A DNA stretch of 64,000 bases from Neoconidiobolus thromboides FSU 785 (lineage: Eukaryota; Fungi; Entomophthoromycota): assembly GCA_025603075.1 (NCBI GenBank), contig MU626296.1:62001-126000 (forward strand), written 5' to 3'. Position numbers and translations under genes: made by a program. Under the pieces are notes generated by a model, which was not told where the DNA came from, did not search any database, and saw only the letters and a list, made by a program, of their open reading frames with translations. Positions 39,635 to 53,588 of this stretch are shown piece by piece; the first letter of the stretch is position 1, and each line of letters starts with the position of its first letter.

Positions 39635-40419
39635 ACTGTAGTAAATATACTAAAAAGCACTATAGGAATACCAACTCAAATAAATATTAACTTTGTATTT
39701 TTACTATATTTTTATGAATAATTTTTTAATATAATATCATTAAAACCTAAACAATGACACTTGAACTTACAAAACGCTTGCTTTTTACAAAAAGTTTAAG
39801 TTTTTCATTTTATAATATCAAATGTGTTAAAAACTAATAATAATTTTAATAATGTATGCGCCTGTCAATTTATATCTATTACATAATAATAGATTTTGTG
39901 CGAATTTAACCAAAATTTATATCGATAAAAAACTACATGTTTTATTGGTCTTTATTTACTACTAAAGTTTATAAATAAAATTAATATTTAAAAAAACAAC
40001 TGGTATTCAAATAGCTATAAAATGATTCTGACTCCAGGTATATACAACCGAACTATTGACAATATTCAGAATTATCTACGAAATAAAGCATATGATAGAA
40101 ACATGTATTGTTATGAGTTTATTTGTATATTAATGGGAGGTCTTGGCAAAGCTTTATAGAATTGAAGATTCTACGACTGCTTTGATTTTTATAAAGTACT
40201 TGAAGTTTCATTTAAAAAATTCAAATATTTGATAGCTTTTCAAAAAGCGAGTTAAATTTTAATTGTTGACTATTGAAAAAAATCAAAACTATGCACAAAA
40301 TAATTTGATAATTTCACCAAAAATATAAAATTAATAAATAGTAAGGGGAAATTCAATTAGTAATGAATAGTTGCTTATATTTTAATATTTGGCAAAGATA
40401 ATAACATAAATAATTAGAA

Positions 40420-43400
40420 GTTAGATATAAAGTGTACGCGTCCTTGTTTTATGCAAATTCAGTCCTTTCCATAGCTGATAAAGCATATGATGTTGGTGTA
40501 CTGTTCAAAATGGGGAGATTTTTAAAGATAGGTGAAGTAATATAATTTTGATTATTTTTTAAGACAAATACATAAAATTTAATTAAATGTTTGATACCTA
40601 AATCAATATTGTTTAATAATAAAATAGTAAGCTCTTATTTCAACCTTGAAACCATTTTGTTCACTTTTGTAAAATATTTGATAGCGTTAAAAAAATAGAT
40701 ACTGTTTTTAATTAATAGTATTTGTTTAGAAGCAAAACACTTAATGGTGACTTGAAATAATTTAATATGCTATTGGTGATAAACAACAAAACCCTTCATA
40801 TTAGTACACATTTTTTGATTTAGTTTGATCTAATTTTTGATTTATAAATTCTTCTATATGCTGTCCTTTACGAAATCCTAGTAAATTATAACCCAATACT
40901 TTATTATTTTTTTTGATGAATGCTAATGGCTTGTGATTTCCAAGACTCCGTTTAAGAATGTACCAAAATTAATGACTTTATTTTTAGTAAGAGTTAGCAA
41001 AATAGTTTTTAAATGATCAAAGAATTGTTTTATTAGTACAAAGGCAGATAAATATCCGGCACCTATTTCATGTAAAATCTCTATAAATTTTGAATAGAAC
41101 AAGGCTTCTTTTTAATATACAATTTTGAAACAAGTGCTGTACGATTTTTTTTCGATCAAAATGATTCAAAGATCAATAATCTTTTTCTTTTATTAATCTT
41201 TTGAATACTATATTTCGATTTTGAGTATGCTGGTTAAATTCCTCAATTAGTATGTCTAACTTGACTCCATTTTTTTCTTATTCGCTTGAGTTTGCCCATT
41301 TATTTTGAGTTACTTCTTTTAATTCATTAATTTAGTCTTTATAACGCATCTTTTGATACGAATATATTATAAAGCTGTAATTGCTAAAAAAATAACATAA
41401 AACTCAGCCCCAATGTCATCTAGTAAGTCAATGCAAAATAGGCGTTTACAATTATTTATATGTAAACTTAAACTTTTCTGCTAAACAGTACCAAATGTAT
41501 TACCATTTTATATCTCTTTGCAAGTTGGGCATTATGATTATAAATTATGAGTTCTATTTGAAATCAATTAAATATAAAACAATAATGTAATTCAATATTT
41601 CATTTATAAAATTCATTAATTGTTGGTAAATATTCTACAGTTTCGGTTTAAATATTATAAATTTGAATGAATTTATTGAACTGAGTTATTACTTCTCTTA
41701 TTGAACCTAATCTATTTGATATTACATTAATATCCTTATAGTAGTATAAGCTATTTTTTGATAACATTGAAATAGTAGCATAGTTAGTTCGTTTAGTAAT
41801 TTTGACTTGGTCAAGTAACTTATAAAACATAGTGTAATATCATCTGTAGCAACGGAATCAAGCATTAGGACATAGGCCTGTTTCCTTAGTTGAATTCCCC
41901 TACTCAATGCCTCTAATTGTTCTTTTGTAGCTGTAGTATAGCTTTTAACAACACTTAAATAAGTAATAAAGCCTTTAAGGATTAACGAATCATAACTATT
42001 ATTATATAGTTCTGTCATGATATATTGTGAAAAGAAAGGTATATCAATTTTATCATTATAAATACATAAATCTGTTATAAATTTACTTAAATTCTTAAAC
42101 CATGACGAGTAAGTCATCTTATCTTTTAGTTTGTGTTTACTCATATTGTCTAATTGTTAAACTATAAAATACAGATAATTTCACTAGAATAATTGGATAA
42201 ATTTACAAATAATTTAATAATTGCATCAATTTGATTTTCAAATTTCATTACATTGTCTATTAATAGCTGTATTAGCTGTATCGGATTATGAGTTAGATAA
42301 AAACAATAAATTATAAATATATTCAAAATTATCATTGGTCGATCTTCTTAAATCCCCTAATACTAACTTTTATATATAAAATTTACTGCATAATACATTC
42401 ATTTTTTATTGCTTTTAATTCATACAAATACGCATAATTCGAAAGCCTTGTTTCAATATTAAGCTGACTTAGTATATCTCATAATACATTATTCCGTTTT
42501 GGTTTACTGTTACAAAATGAAAGTACAGGGATAATTGATTTTATAATACTTGATAGCCAGACATTGTATACATTTTAATTTAGATTGTTATTAGAAAGTG
42601 ATATTGAGACAGTGGATAGCCTTTTGAATAAACTAAAACTCATAATGGAGTCCTAATATATCAATTAAAGGTAGTAATCCGGATGTTGGATACTTATCGT
42701 TTATATTTCCAATTGAATTTGTTTTATATTGCTTATATAATAATTCATATTGTCTTTTGTATTTGTATTTGTATTTGTATTTGTATTTGATGATTTATTA
42801 GCTTGTAGTTTGATGTCTATTATATAGTCTGTAGACAAAAGAGGACAACTTTCTTTAAATAAGTTAAGTGTGAAATCAATTATATTGCTAATGAGATATG
42901 AAGTTGTGGTATCTAGACAAATACATTAGAGGTAATGAAACAACATGTACATTGCTTCTTCAAGGTATCTTAAAGTTAGTAAACAATTTAAAAATAAATT
43001 TTATGGTTATTTTTGGGAAAAATATTTAACTTATTTAATATCTAAGTAATGTTGATTACTGAACTGATTTTAAAACCAAAATGACAAAATATCTTACAAT
43101 AGTATTGTTATTTTGTACATTTATTCTTAGTATTTCGTGAAAAATATGACTTTCCTAAATAAAGATATTAAATTTACATGATTATTCTTAAAATAGAGAT
43201 AAGTACTTGGTTTAACGTTGTAAAGTTTATTGATTTAGTCTTTAACTGTTTTATAGAATTAGCATGCTCTTTCTCTTAACCTTCTTCAGAAGCTAAAAGT
43301 TGTACACTAAAATCTAAATGTTTAAAACAAATAAATAATAATACCTCAAATTCTATATCTTTCATTTCAATTAAACCTTCTTTTATTAATAAACTTATTG

Positions 43401-44337
43401 AATGAAAATACTCAGGCTTTAAGTCGATCTAAAAATAATTAGTATTGATTGTTATAATAATAGCTATAGCTACTTTAGCACTACTTTTAATAATTTATAT
43501 CGAGAAGATGTAATAGAAGCCAACTTTTCAGGAGATAAGTCAGAATACTTAAATAAAGAAAACAATCATAATGGGTTTGTATAAATATAGGAAATGAATG
43601 CGTTGAAATATATATAGCTCTAAATGGGTCCATATCGAAGGTCCCTATTTTCAATTAGACATATCTATGCTTTTTATAATATTTTTTATTTATTTGTTCT
43701 TTTATGAAGTTCAAAACCTCACTTAATCTTGTTTTATCTTCAATAAGCTCAAATAAAGAAGTGATAAATGAAGAATAGTTGAATGAGTTTCCTCGAAAGA
43801 GATTATAAGTATTGAGCATATATCTGGTAATAATCTTCGGTTTGATATAGTAAAAACAAAATAATCGTTTGCTTTAATTTCCTTTCATAATAAGTTTTTT
43901 GCTTAAATTTTTCCGAGTCTTTATCAATATCGAGAGATTTTAATGTCTTTGCTTTGCTCTTAAAAATAAGTTTTTACAACTAATAAATTTCTATTCCTAG
44001 AATAATTAAACTAAATGTCGATATGATGAATAATAATAAATTGCCATAAATAAAACTATAAGCTCATAAAACTTTTTCTCCAATTCAGAATCCAAAGAAT
44101 CTTCAATGGTAATCATTACATCTGTTATACGATTTTTTAAATTTATTACGTTTGATTCTATCAAGTTGGATAACATTTCCTCTTCATTAGTATGTTTGTT
44201 TATATAATTCTCTAGTATAGGTTATGAGTTAAAATAGATGACACTGTCTTCTCCTGTTTCACCAGTAACCAACATGCTCAAACTTTAATTTTTAACATAA
44301 TTTGGTTATTTAATAGAAGTTTTTAAGCTTATTTCAT
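40420..44337 (-). pseudogene. THO2: THO complex subunit 2 (THO2/RLR1/THOC2) pseudogene, multi-exon, many stops and frameshifts
   Basis: Manual translation gives THOC2-colinear blocks: YNLFRGNSFNYSSFITSLF (cf. FNLLREENEGYAKLIAEL), IGTFDMDPFR (IGxFxLDPNR), SLLIKEGLI, SSWFKNLSKF...QYIMTEL...SLILK...EQLEALSRG (ORF 41722..42144), IGAEFYVIF, RLIKEKDY*, ALFYSKFIEILH, HQ*HIKL. Similarity is from recalled sequence, not a run search; ends are approximate. Confidence 0.8.
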
Positions 44338-44587
44338 GATTTATATTCAGCTAATTTATAATCTATTTTGAACCACTATTATTGTTTTTGTAAGATTTTG
44401 ATCAGATTATTATAATAGTAGCAATAAATTAATATGTTACTAATTTTAAAAAGGCATTGTATTTAATAATGAATTCAATGAAAAGTTAAATCAACAAATG
44501 ATTAAAAATATATTGATTTTAAGAATTAAAATTTATATCTAAGATTGAATATATTATAAACTATTAATGCTACTTTTTGAAAAGAAT

Positions 44588-47500
44588 CTAATTCATTGAA
44601 GATAAGCTAAAGGTACAGCAACTCTCTTTCAAATACTTTGATAAGGATTGAATTAACTCTGGGTTTAAAGATCGCATTTCAAGTGCAATGCTAAGCTTAT
44701 TAACAGCAGATACATTCTTATTAATCTGGTTCTTAACTAAAGCCACAATTTCTTCACCATAAATATTACGTCCTCGTAATGTATAAGCAATGCCATTCAT
44801 ACTTTCAATAATCGAGAGTTTCAAAATATATTTACTTAAATGAGTTGTCACTTGGTTGAATAATTTGTAAACGTTTGATGCGCTAATGGGATGTGGTAAA
44901 TCAAATTCAAGGTCAGTTCGAATAGAAGATGAGAAATTTTGTGGGTTTTCTTGCATCATTTCTGCAAACTCATCTGGGTTCATGTCATTGATTCTATGTG
45001 GCGGTAACATTAAACTTGAAGGTAATATACTTATTTGGAAATTGGTTGATTTACGCGTAGCAAAATCATTCTAATAAAATTTTAGCTTATTTGTTATTAT
45101 AAAATACTTAATAAACTACTCACTCCTGTAAAATAACCTAGTGACACTGATAATTCGACCATTTCATTAAAATTAGTTATACTTGTAGGCGATATTCTTA
45201 TGGATAAGCTTGATTGTCTTCCAGGTTGAGTTGAGGTCGCTAGCTTAGCTGTATTCCATAAATCAATACCATAAACCTTTAATGGAGGTTCATTAAATAC
45301 TAATTCTGAGTCGTTGATAATCATTTCTTCAGATAAATTGACTAATCTAAAATGTATTAATGTTCCTGCATCTTCTAAAGCAGAAGGTCCGCTTCCTTCC
45401 AACTCATAAACTAAGCGTAGTTCTTCATTTTCAACACCAACCTTTTCTTCATTAATTCTAGGAAATTCAAATAAAATGTCAGCTAATGGTGTTACAGGCA
45501 TTGAGCTTGATTCATCTATGAAATCATCTTTCTTTTTTGTGCTTTTTGATTTCTTTTTAGTTTTCTTAACTTTCTCTTTATTCAAATTTGAAGTTAATGG
45601 GTCTAAGTCTATTAACGAAGTTTGATTATCTTCTTTTTTAGGCTCCTTCGCTTTCTTCTTCTTTTTCTTTGTTTTTTCTTTCTTTCCTTCAGCTTTCAAA
45701 AGCTCATGTTGCTGAGCACGTAATTGGTTGGGGCTCTTATAAGCCTCAATCTGTGGTAGCTTTTCATTTTTCTTTAAAGGAGTTACTAAATCAATGGATG
45801 CCAATGCTACTTCTGAGCTATCTTTAACACCATTCTTGGATTCTTCATCTGAGACATTCACCCCTTCTGGCATTTCCTCTTTATCTATGATAGCTGGCTC
45901 TACCTCTTGTGCTATACGATTTATTCCATTATTTTTAATTTTACTACCTTTTTTAATATTTTTTCCTATTTTGATTGATTCAAGGAGTGATTTAGATGTC
46001 CAGCCTGTCGAGTCCTGATTAATTTCAAGATTTACTATTGGAATCGAATCAACATCAGGTAATAGTGAGTCATTATTTTCATCATCGCTCTTTGCATCTA
46101 TATAAAATGGATCATTTTTCATCCTTTGCTTCCTTTGTTTCCGCTGTTTACTATTATTAATGTTTTTATCTTTCTTAGAATCAATTAACTTGGACTTTTC
46201 TCCAGAAAGTTCATTAAACAAATCATCATCATCTGGTATTGGAGAGAATATTGCTTTTCTAGAATTGAAGTCAACATTTGATCCTGGTAAAGAAGGAAGT
46301 GAGGCCTTTGGAGGAGGCTCAAATAGCCAAGGGTCCAAATCAAGCCCTTCTGGGAGTGGGACTTTAGATTGAGCCTTTGCAGCTACAGCATTTAACTCAT
46401 AAATTTGAAATAAAACTTCCATATCTTTTAAGATATTGAATTTAGGTGGAGATAAATTAAGATGCTCATTAATTAAATTTAACAGTTGAGATATATTACA
46501 AGCCTACAACAATAGTTAGTATATGTTTATATTTGTTAAATCAAAATAGTACTCTTTCCTGAACTTCTAGATCTGGTGAAAGAGTGAAGGGCTTAATGCC
46601 ATTTAACATTTCGCTAACTCCTTCGACTATTGAATCTTTTGAAGACTCAAATCCGTTTTCGTTTTGAAGACCCATAGCATGCGATATAAATATTTTAGCA
46701 GAGGATTGAATATAGACAGCTTGTACTTCATAGCTCAAGTTACTTAATCTATTATCAAAGATGCTTTTTATTAAAATCCCAGGAGAAAGTAAATGTCTTT
46801 AAGATAATTAGCTTTTAACAATTTAATTTTATAATGAATTACTTTGAATATTCTCCAATAATTAATGAGGCTGATTTTAATACTTCTGAATTTGTTTCAG
46901 GCAAATGAGCATTATTATATAGTGATTGATCAGAAATAAGTCGAGTCTAAAATTTTAATTAATTTAATTGAATATAAATATTATTTACCATCATTTTGAC
47001 TGAATATGGTCGTACAGACTTGACTCTAACAGAAACATCGAGAAGTTGCTCAGCTAAAATGGATCCAACTGCAACTTTAGAAACATAAACTAAATCAAGG
47101 AGAGTTGCGATATACCATTCAAAATTAGTAATATTAATGTAAGTTTGCTTTGAGCACATCTCTATAATTGCTTCAACGACTATACGACGGTAAATTGGGT
47201 CAGAGTTGTACTGCCATGTCCCTTGCTGGGTATTTGATATTACTACTTTGCCTCCAGGCGATCCAATTTCATTAGCTTCATCTCCAATCAAAAGGCCAAT
47301 AAGCTTTTTAACTGTATTAATCAATGAATTTTTGGTTACCATTTTAGCAAGAAGATCGATGGATCTTATTCTTATACTGTAATCAAAATCATCAACACAA
47401 GAAAGCACTAAACCACCATGTTCTAATACTAACTCAGGATAAAGTGGTTGAAACTTTTCTAAAGCAAGGATTCCTATGTACTTTAAATTTTGATCCTGGT

Positions 47501-48551
47501 CTTCTAAAAAACACCTGAGCTTATTTGAGCACATTTTTGCAAGCTCTTGTGATGCTTCATTTTGAGTATCATTTAAAAAACCACCAGTAATCACTGTATA
47601 AATACATTCATATAATAATGACATTGCAGGCGTAGTTTCAATGATTGATCTTAATGGCTGCAAAAGTTTTTTGACTAAACGCGGTTCATGTGGTGTTAGT
47701 GAAGCAAATAATTTTACAATTTTAATTAACATCCAATTATTATTAGAAGTCGTAAGTAAACGATATAAAGTTGGAACTAAAGGAAGATAACTCTGAGGTG
47801 ATTTGCGAGACAATTCGCAAATCACATTGACCGCAGAAGTAACAACAGCTTTATTAAGTTTTAGTAATGTTTTGAGTTTTCATGTTAAAATATATATACT
47901 TACACTGGTCTTGGTCCTCCAATTTTTCTTTTAGTTTTGGAAAACAAACACGTAAACCTTCTGGAAATTTTAAAAATACCTTATAAAGAGCTAAAGAAGC
48001 TCTTTTTCTTACATAACTTCGTGAATGAGATAATAAATTTAAAAGATCTTGACAAAGGAACTGCGCAAGGTCAGGAGTTAAAAATTGAGATAACCCATTA
48101 ATTGCGATCCCAACCTCAAAATAACGTGGCGATGTTAAATCCTTTTGATTTTTTATTTAACTTGTAACTACCATTTTTAAAATTGTTACCTTTTTAAGTT
48201 GATTAGTGGCAAGCATTAAAACCTCTGTATCTTGGCGAAAAGATTGAGTACCAGCTAAATAACCGATCCTTTTGTATGTTAAATTAGGGGAGGATATTAC
48301 TTCAACTACATGAAATGAAGCCCAACCATAATCATAGCCGAACATTTGTAACTAAATAATAAATCTATTGAAATAAAATTTATAATAAAAATTACGTAGG
48401 CTAGTTTTGAGATTGCGGCAGCTTTATAATCCATATCATCTGTTTTAAGTTCTTTCCTTATTTCTTCAATACATTTTAAGATGTACTCTTTTTCATTCTT
48501 TTTGTGGGCCCTTATGCCTTTTATAAGGTCATTTAATGACTTTTCAAACAT
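44588..48551 (-). CDS. APL5: AP-3 adaptor complex delta subunit, multi-exon
   Basis: MFEKSLNDLIKGIR, GYDYGWASFHVVEV, KRIGYLA, MLATNQLKK, NNWMLIKIVK, AMSLLYECI, DQNLKYIGIL, EVQER. Upstream in-frame ATG at 48629. Confidence 0.95.
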
Positions 48552-49164
48552 TTTACTTTTAATAGAATTGAAATTTAAAAGCTTTATTTTGACTATTTCA
48601 TCATTATTTTGGTCATTGCTTTCTATCATTGGCTCCTCAGCTTACTAAATTTGTACATTTGTCAGTTTATTATTTAATAGCCACATTATATATCAAACAA
48701 TAATAAGGTTTTACGAAATATTTGATAATAATAATTATATTTTATAACAAAATAATTACAATGAAAATATATTAGTCTAAATAGTTTAAGACTAGTTTTT
48801 GGTGGCTATTTGCTGTAAAACAATTTAATAAAGTTAAAATAGATAAGAAATAACTGTATTTAATTTTGGGTATATGCTATTATTTAAATAGTTATAATAA
48901 TGATAAACTATTATATGTTTTAAATTATAATTCATAAGAGTTTCATTATAAAAATTAATAAAATGGTCTATAAGGTATTTATAAATACAAAATAATCAAC
49001 GATAACCTTTGTATTTTTGGAGAATAGTTAATTTATCAACCTATTATGATTTTTAGTAAGCCAAAATTTTAAACCAAATCATTTAATCATTTTTAAAAAA
49101 TATAAAAGTTTTGTTCAAAGTTTTATTAAATAATATCAAATTTATTTTCAACTAAAAAAAGCGA

Positions 49165-52100
49165 ATGTTTAATTCACTAAAAGATCGATTAAACTCGGCT
49201 GTAAATAGTGGGCTTTCTCCAAAACTTGAAGAGGCTAGAAGAAAGGTAGCTGAAATTACGTCTCCATTATCCGAGTCAAATGAGTTAGAATTAAAGATTG
49301 ATGCTACTTCTCCATCTGAGTCCTTATTTAATAATGACCAGGACTCAGAATCTATTTTAGATACTGATAAGGATAAAACTGAAGAGGAGAATAAGCAAGA
49401 ACAAGAGAATTCTAATGAAAATGAAGAAACAAAAGAGGATACAGAGAATTTATCTAAAGAAACTTTATTAAAGTTGGAAAAGCTTAAAAAATATGAAACC
49501 AAATATCCAGGTAAATAATCAAAACTAAAAGAAAAAACATCTGATATAATACCTTTATTTAGAACTAGCTAGAGCTTATAAGTTTCAAATGACAAAGATT
49601 AAAGAGTTGGATGAAGTTTTAAAAAATGAAACTCCTATTGAAGGCTATACTGATGTTCAAGGTTTAAAGGATTATCTAAAAAACTTAGCTACTCAAAATG
49701 AGGTAATTTCTAAAGATAGTTTCAATATTTTTGTAGTTAATTTTTGATTTAGATTGCCATGTCTGAGTTTAAAAATGTTTCCAAATTACATGGAGGTAAT
49801 AGAATATATGCTCTTCAATATTTTACTTAGTTTATTAGAAAAGGAAAATAAACTCAAAGAGTTAGAAAAGGAAATAACAGATTATCAAAATAAGATATCA
49901 GCTTTAGAGGAGGAAAAAGTAATCATTATAAGTCAATAATAACTGTTTTAGTTAAATTATTTATAAAGGAAACCATAATTCCCCAAGACTTATCATTGCA
50001 AGGTATAATATTTAAAAGATTTTAGGAAATGGCTTATATTATTTAGAGCTCTTGACCAAATTAAATGAGAAAATTAAAGATGAAGGAATCGAAGAGTGTG
50101 GTGAAAGTATAAATATTATTGAATCTTTGTTTAATAATCTGGACGCAGAAAGTCAAAATAAAATATTAGAATCAAATCCAAAAATGCAGTCGTTGAATCT
50201 CAGCCTATTTCAACTTAGAGAAGATAATGACAGCAAGGCAAAGGAACTTACAACTAAATACGATCAACTTTTTAATACTCATCAAGAGTTAAAGAAAGAA
50301 TTTGAGGCTTGTGAAATAAAATTTAAGGATTTGGAAAGCTTAAACAGTAAACTTGAGAAAGGTAAGCTCTATTTTTTATACTTTCAAAACCATTTAAAAG
50401 TAAATTAGATCTTATAACACACAAAGAAAACGAGAAAGAGAAGAATGAGTTAGATTCATTTTATCAAAGCATCCTTGGCTCAGATAAATCTTTTAATACT
50501 ATCGATGAACAGAAAAAAGCTATAAGCGAATATTTTTCTAGTTTAAAAGTTGAAAATGGAGATATTAATAAAAAAATTCAGGTTCAGCAGAGTTTAATTG
50601 ATCATTTAAAGTCGTTAAATGATAGTAAATCTATACAAATTGAAGGATTGAAAAAAGAAACTGAGCAAATAAAAAGCAGAAGCACAAATGCTAACCAATC
50701 TAAAGTAATTACACCAACTCCAAAAGGTAAAGGAAAGAAAAAGAAGCAAAAGGGAGCAATAAGTCCTGGTGCAAGTCCATCTACGATTGAACCTACTATA
50801 AAAGCAGAATCTAGTGAATCAATAATAAACGAGCAATCCAAAGAAGAACTTTTGGAAGATATACGCTCCAAAGACGAGAAGCTCTCAATTATTGAAAAGG
50901 ATCTTGAACTCAAATCAATGGAAATTTTAGATTATGAAAAAAGAATCAATAATATGCAATCTGAATTAAAGGAAAAAGAGGCAAGTTATAAAAGTGAGTT
51001 TGATAAACTGAATGATCATAGTGAAAAGGATAAAATGAAGATGCAAAAAATGAATGACAAGATAAATGAGCTCAATAGCAATATATCCTTATTAAAAGAA
51101 AGTACTAAAAAAGATGAGCTTGAGATCACGCAATTAAAAAAAGAAGTTTCTAATGATAAATCATTAATTGAGGATTTGAATAGTAAAGTTTCTGAAATTG
51201 GAAGATTAAAAGACATTGTTAAGGAGAAGGAAGATAATATATCACAACTTAAACATGAAGCAGAAAACACAAGTAATGCTGAAATTGAAAAGCTAAAAAA
51301 ATCAATTAAAGAAAAAGAAGACGGCTTAAACCAAATGAGAGAAAAGCTTGGTGAGTTACAGAAAGAAATTGAGACACTTTCCAAGGCCAAAAAAGAGCTC
51401 GAATTCAATTTAAAGAAAGAAACAGACTTGAGAGTTAATTCAGAAAAGGAACTTGTCACTTTTAAAGATAAGTCCAATAAAGAAATTACACAATTAAAAC
51501 AGAGCACTCAAAGTAAAGATAAAATTTTACAAAACTTTAAAAAAGAGAAGCTTAGTCTTGAAAGCGATAAAAAAGAGTTAGAAAAGGAGCTTTTAAATCA
51601 ACAAAAGCAGACGAAACAGTTAAATCAGGCTATACAAAGCAATGAAAAGGCGTTAGTTTCAATTAAGATAGAATTAGATTCATTAAAAAAATTATCCGAA
51701 GAGAAAGAAGCGCTACTTTTGCAAACTGAGAAATCCAATAGCAAGACTAAAGAAGATCTCAGTAAAACTTTAGAAAACTTGAAAAAGTTAGAAGAATTAA
51801 ATAAGATTTTAGAGGAGCAAAGAAGAGAAACCGAAAGTCAATTAGATGAGGCCAAAAAATCAATCAATGAATTGCAAGCAACATCTCAAGAATTTGATCA
51901 AATGAAACAAGGTCTTGAGACAAAGGAAAAAGAGTTACTTGGTCGTATTGAGATTTTAGAACAAGAGCTCGAAACATCTAAACAACTATTTAAAGAGAAA
52001 GCTAAGCAGCTCGATGAGTTACATCTCCAATATGCCCAATTACAATCAACTTCTCAAGAAGAGTCACATAAGTATAGTAAAGAACTTTCTGTGACTCAAA

Positions 52101-52874
52101 TCAAACTAGAAAAAGTTAACGACCAACTTAAAAAGAAAGAACAAGAGCATGAGGTATTAATCAATCAAGTTATTAAAGAGAAGGAAAGGATCGAAAAAGA
52201 GTATGAAGATACAAAAAATAAACTTAATGAGATCAACTTTGAGTATCAAAAAATAGTAAAAGAAAAAGAATTATTAAATGAAGAAAGTGAACAAATTAAA
52301 GACAAATTGCAAAACAATGAACATAAACTTATCAAATTGGAAGAAATTAAAGTAATTTAATATTTAAAATACTGAACATGTTATTTATTATTATCTAGAA
52401 CAAGCTAACCCAAGTCGAAGAAGAATTCGAAAAGATACGATTAGAGAAAGATTCAATATTAGAAAATAGTAAACAAAAAGAAACGCATTTAAGAAACTTA
52501 AATAAGGTTATTAAAACAAACTGTATATTTAACGTTTATATTAATTTTTATTAGGATCTAAAAGAAGAGGTTAAAAGGTTACAAAAAGGTAGCCCAAATA
52601 CCAATAATAGTGTGTTCTCGCCTCCAGTTTCACCTACTGCAAGGAGATCCCTTTCAGAACTATCTGAATCCGATCCTAATTTATCTTTTAACATCGAATA
52701 CCTTAAAAATGTTATAATGAAATTTTTAATTGATAAAGAGCACAGAGTAAATAGATTTTCACTACTATTAGATCATAACTAACACTATTATTTTAGCCTC
52801 AATTAATTATAGTTCTTTCTCATCTTTTGAAATTTAATCCAGTAGAAGTTAAAAAATTACAGGAGTTAATATAA
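49165..52874 (+). CDS. IMH1: GRIP-domain coiled-coil golgin (Imh1-like), multi-exon
   Basis: Long heptad-rich coiled coil; C-terminal NIEYLKNVIMKFL...PQLIIVLSHLLKFNPVEVKKL is a GRIP domain. Confidence 0.8.
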
Positions 52875-53063
52875 AAATAATCGTATATCTATTATTCAAA
52901 ATATTTTCTACAGATTGAAATTTATATTACTTTATTACTATTATTATAACATTTATTAGATTGATAAAGTATAAATTTTAAGTTCGATTTAATCCTACCA
53001 TCTATATCTTACAATTATTGATTATCGTCTATGTATTACTTTAATTTAATGTTGGTAGATCAA

Positions 53064-53169
53064 TACATGGGGATGTTTTTTTATTTCATTACTTTTTCCA
53101 TCTTTTAAACACTATTTGAGTGGGAAAACTGTTAATGGAATTCCTAAACACAAAAATACATCCCCATAT
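53064..53169 (+). mobile_element. MITE-like repeat copy with TIRs
   Basis: ACATGGGGATGTTTTTT...AAAAATACATCCCCATAT. Confidence 0.9.
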
Positions 53170-53233
53170 CTTAATAATATAAATCAACTTTGATAAAATA
53201 TCCATTAAATTTAAATTCTAATAGTAAAGAATA

Positions 53234-53341
53234 ATATGGGAGTGTTTTTTTTTGGCTTCATTACTTTTTCCATCTTTTAAGCGCTATTTGAGTGGAAAAA
53301 TTATTAGTGAAATTCTTAAATACAAAAATACATCCCCATAT
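53234..53341 (+). mobile_element. MITE-like repeat copy with TIRs
   Basis: ATATGGGAGTGTTTTTT...AAAAATACATCCCCATAT; closest to consensus. Confidence 0.9.
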
Positions 53342-53480
53342 CTTGTTGATTTAGTATACTTAGTCATATAAGATATGGTAAACTAATAGTATGTTGAGAT
53401 GTTTTTTTTATAAGTTAATTAATACTATTTTGATCTTTAAGATATTTAAAGAGGATAAAAGATTGAAGTAAAAATCATAT

Positions 53481-53588
53481 ATATAGGGATGTATCCTTGT
53501 GTTTAAGGATTTTACTAATAATTTTTCTGCTCAAATAGTACTTAAAAGATGGAAAAAGTGACGACGCCAAAAAAACATACTCACATAT
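53481..53588 (-). mobile_element. MITE-like repeat, inverted copy
   Basis: ATATAGGGATGTATCC...CTCAAATAGTACTTAAAAGATGGAAAAAGTGACGACGCCAAAAAAACATAC. Confidence 0.85.

Noticed and set aside
42758-42788. (TTTGTA)n hexamer run
   Set aside because: It is simply a coding Asn-Thr repeat within the THO2 pseudogene.
40420-44337. Idea that TAA/TAG are recoded as Gln (ciliate/aphelid-type code) or repaired by RNA editing in the THO2-like region
   Set aside because: The region also has frameshifts and Trp-to-stop changes, and all neighbouring genes end in TAA/TAG; ordinary pseudogene decay explains it.
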